64,000 bases of DNA from Vicugna vicugna (lineage: Eukaryota). Numbering within the stretch: the first letter of the stretch is position 1; each line of letters starts with the position of its first letter. The stretch is taken from assembly GCA_013265495.1 (NCBI GenBank), contig MU058387.1, forward strand, positions 372,001-436,000. Reading direction: 5' to 3'. A program made the translations under genes and the position numbers. This document shows, one piece after another, positions 63,201 to 64,000 of this stretch. The notes beneath the pieces were generated by a model. It searched no databases. It had not been told where the DNA came from and saw only the letters and a program-made list of their open reading frames with translations.

Positions 63201-63477
63201 ACTGAGGACTGAATTTTCACTAGAGCAATATTTGCATTGCTAGGGTGCTTAGCCTGAAGTAAATACTAAATAAACTTTTGTGACTGAATTGAGAGAATAT
63301 TCATTTGTTTTTATTATCATTTTTGTTTGTTTCTTTATCTCCCTTTTACTCTGATGGCAATAGCCAGCTACTAGACTAGACCTGCATTCTAAGATTTTTC
63401 TTAGGATCCAATGGAGGATTCTTTTATAGAATTAAATATATCAATAATTTGCGGTGCTTTGCTGTTAAGAAGCAGCA

Positions 63478-64000
63478 CAGTCAGATTGGCCATCCTTCAA
63501 AAGTCCACAAACAATATATGCTGGAGAGGGTGTGGAGAAAAGGGAACCCTCCTACACTGTTGATGAGAATGTAGTTTGGTGCAGCCATTATGGAAGACAG
63601 TATGGGGAGTCCTCAAAAAACTAAAATTAGACTTACCATAGGATCCAGCAATCCCACTCCTAGGCATATATCAGGAGAGAACTTTAATTCAAAAACATAC
63701 ATGCATCCCAATGTTCATAGCAGCATTATTTGCAATAGCCAAGACATGGAAACAACCTAAATGTCTATAGTCAGATGACTGGATAAAGAAATTGTGTTAT
63801 ATTTATACAATGGAATATTACTCAGCCATAAAAAAGAATAAAATAATGCCATTTGCACTAACATGAATGGACCTGAAGATTGTCATTCTAAGTAAAATAA
63901 GCCAGAAAGAGAAAGAAAAATACCATATGGTATCACTCATATGTGGAATATAAAACAAAAGAGAAGAGAAGAGAAAAGAAAAAAGAGGACACTAATGAAC
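63478..64000 (+). mobile_element. 5'-truncated L1: disrupted ORF2 C-terminus plus start of the 3'UTR, running off the window
   Basis: Encodes ..[39 protein letters not shown] (L1 ORF2 cysteine-rich region) with in-frame stops. Confidence 0.95.

Noticed and set aside
63478..64000. Protein-like sequence with a cysteine-rich motif
   Set aside because: It is a disrupted L1 ORF2 C-terminus, not a host gene.
1..64000. Prokaryotic-type systems (operons, CRISPR, defence islands)
   Set aside because: The sequence is mammalian non-coding DNA with no long ORFs or repeat-spacer arrays.

Overview
Mammalian genomic DNA, most likely camelid (camel/alpaca/llama). This is inferred from three Vic-1-type tRNA-derived SINEs and camelid-style L1 3' ends; I recognised no Alu, B1/B2, Bov-tA/BovB or PRE-1. 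The window is AT-rich, repeat-dense and gene-poor. I found no recognisable intact protein-coding gene, rRNA, true tRNA gene or CRISPR array, and the supplied ORFs are short and largely overlap repeats. Much of it is interspersed repeats: MIR, L2, old and young L1, MaLR/ERVL/ERV1 LTRs, and hAT and Tigger DNA transposons. Families were assigned by eye from remembered consensus sequences, so subfamily names and boundaries are approximate. The best-supported unusual observation is a 572-bp polyadenylated, L2-derived segment inserted into a younger MLT1A0 LTR with a perfect 18-bp target-site duplication (4948-5555), best explained as an L1-mediated retrocopy of a cellular RNA 3' end. Next to it is a small CpG-rich promoter-like patch with a candidate minus-strand spliced transcript. 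Further exon-like segments (possible lncRNA or decayed gene) and motif-dense candidate enhancers are speculative. I see no convincing evidence of a new multi-gene system.
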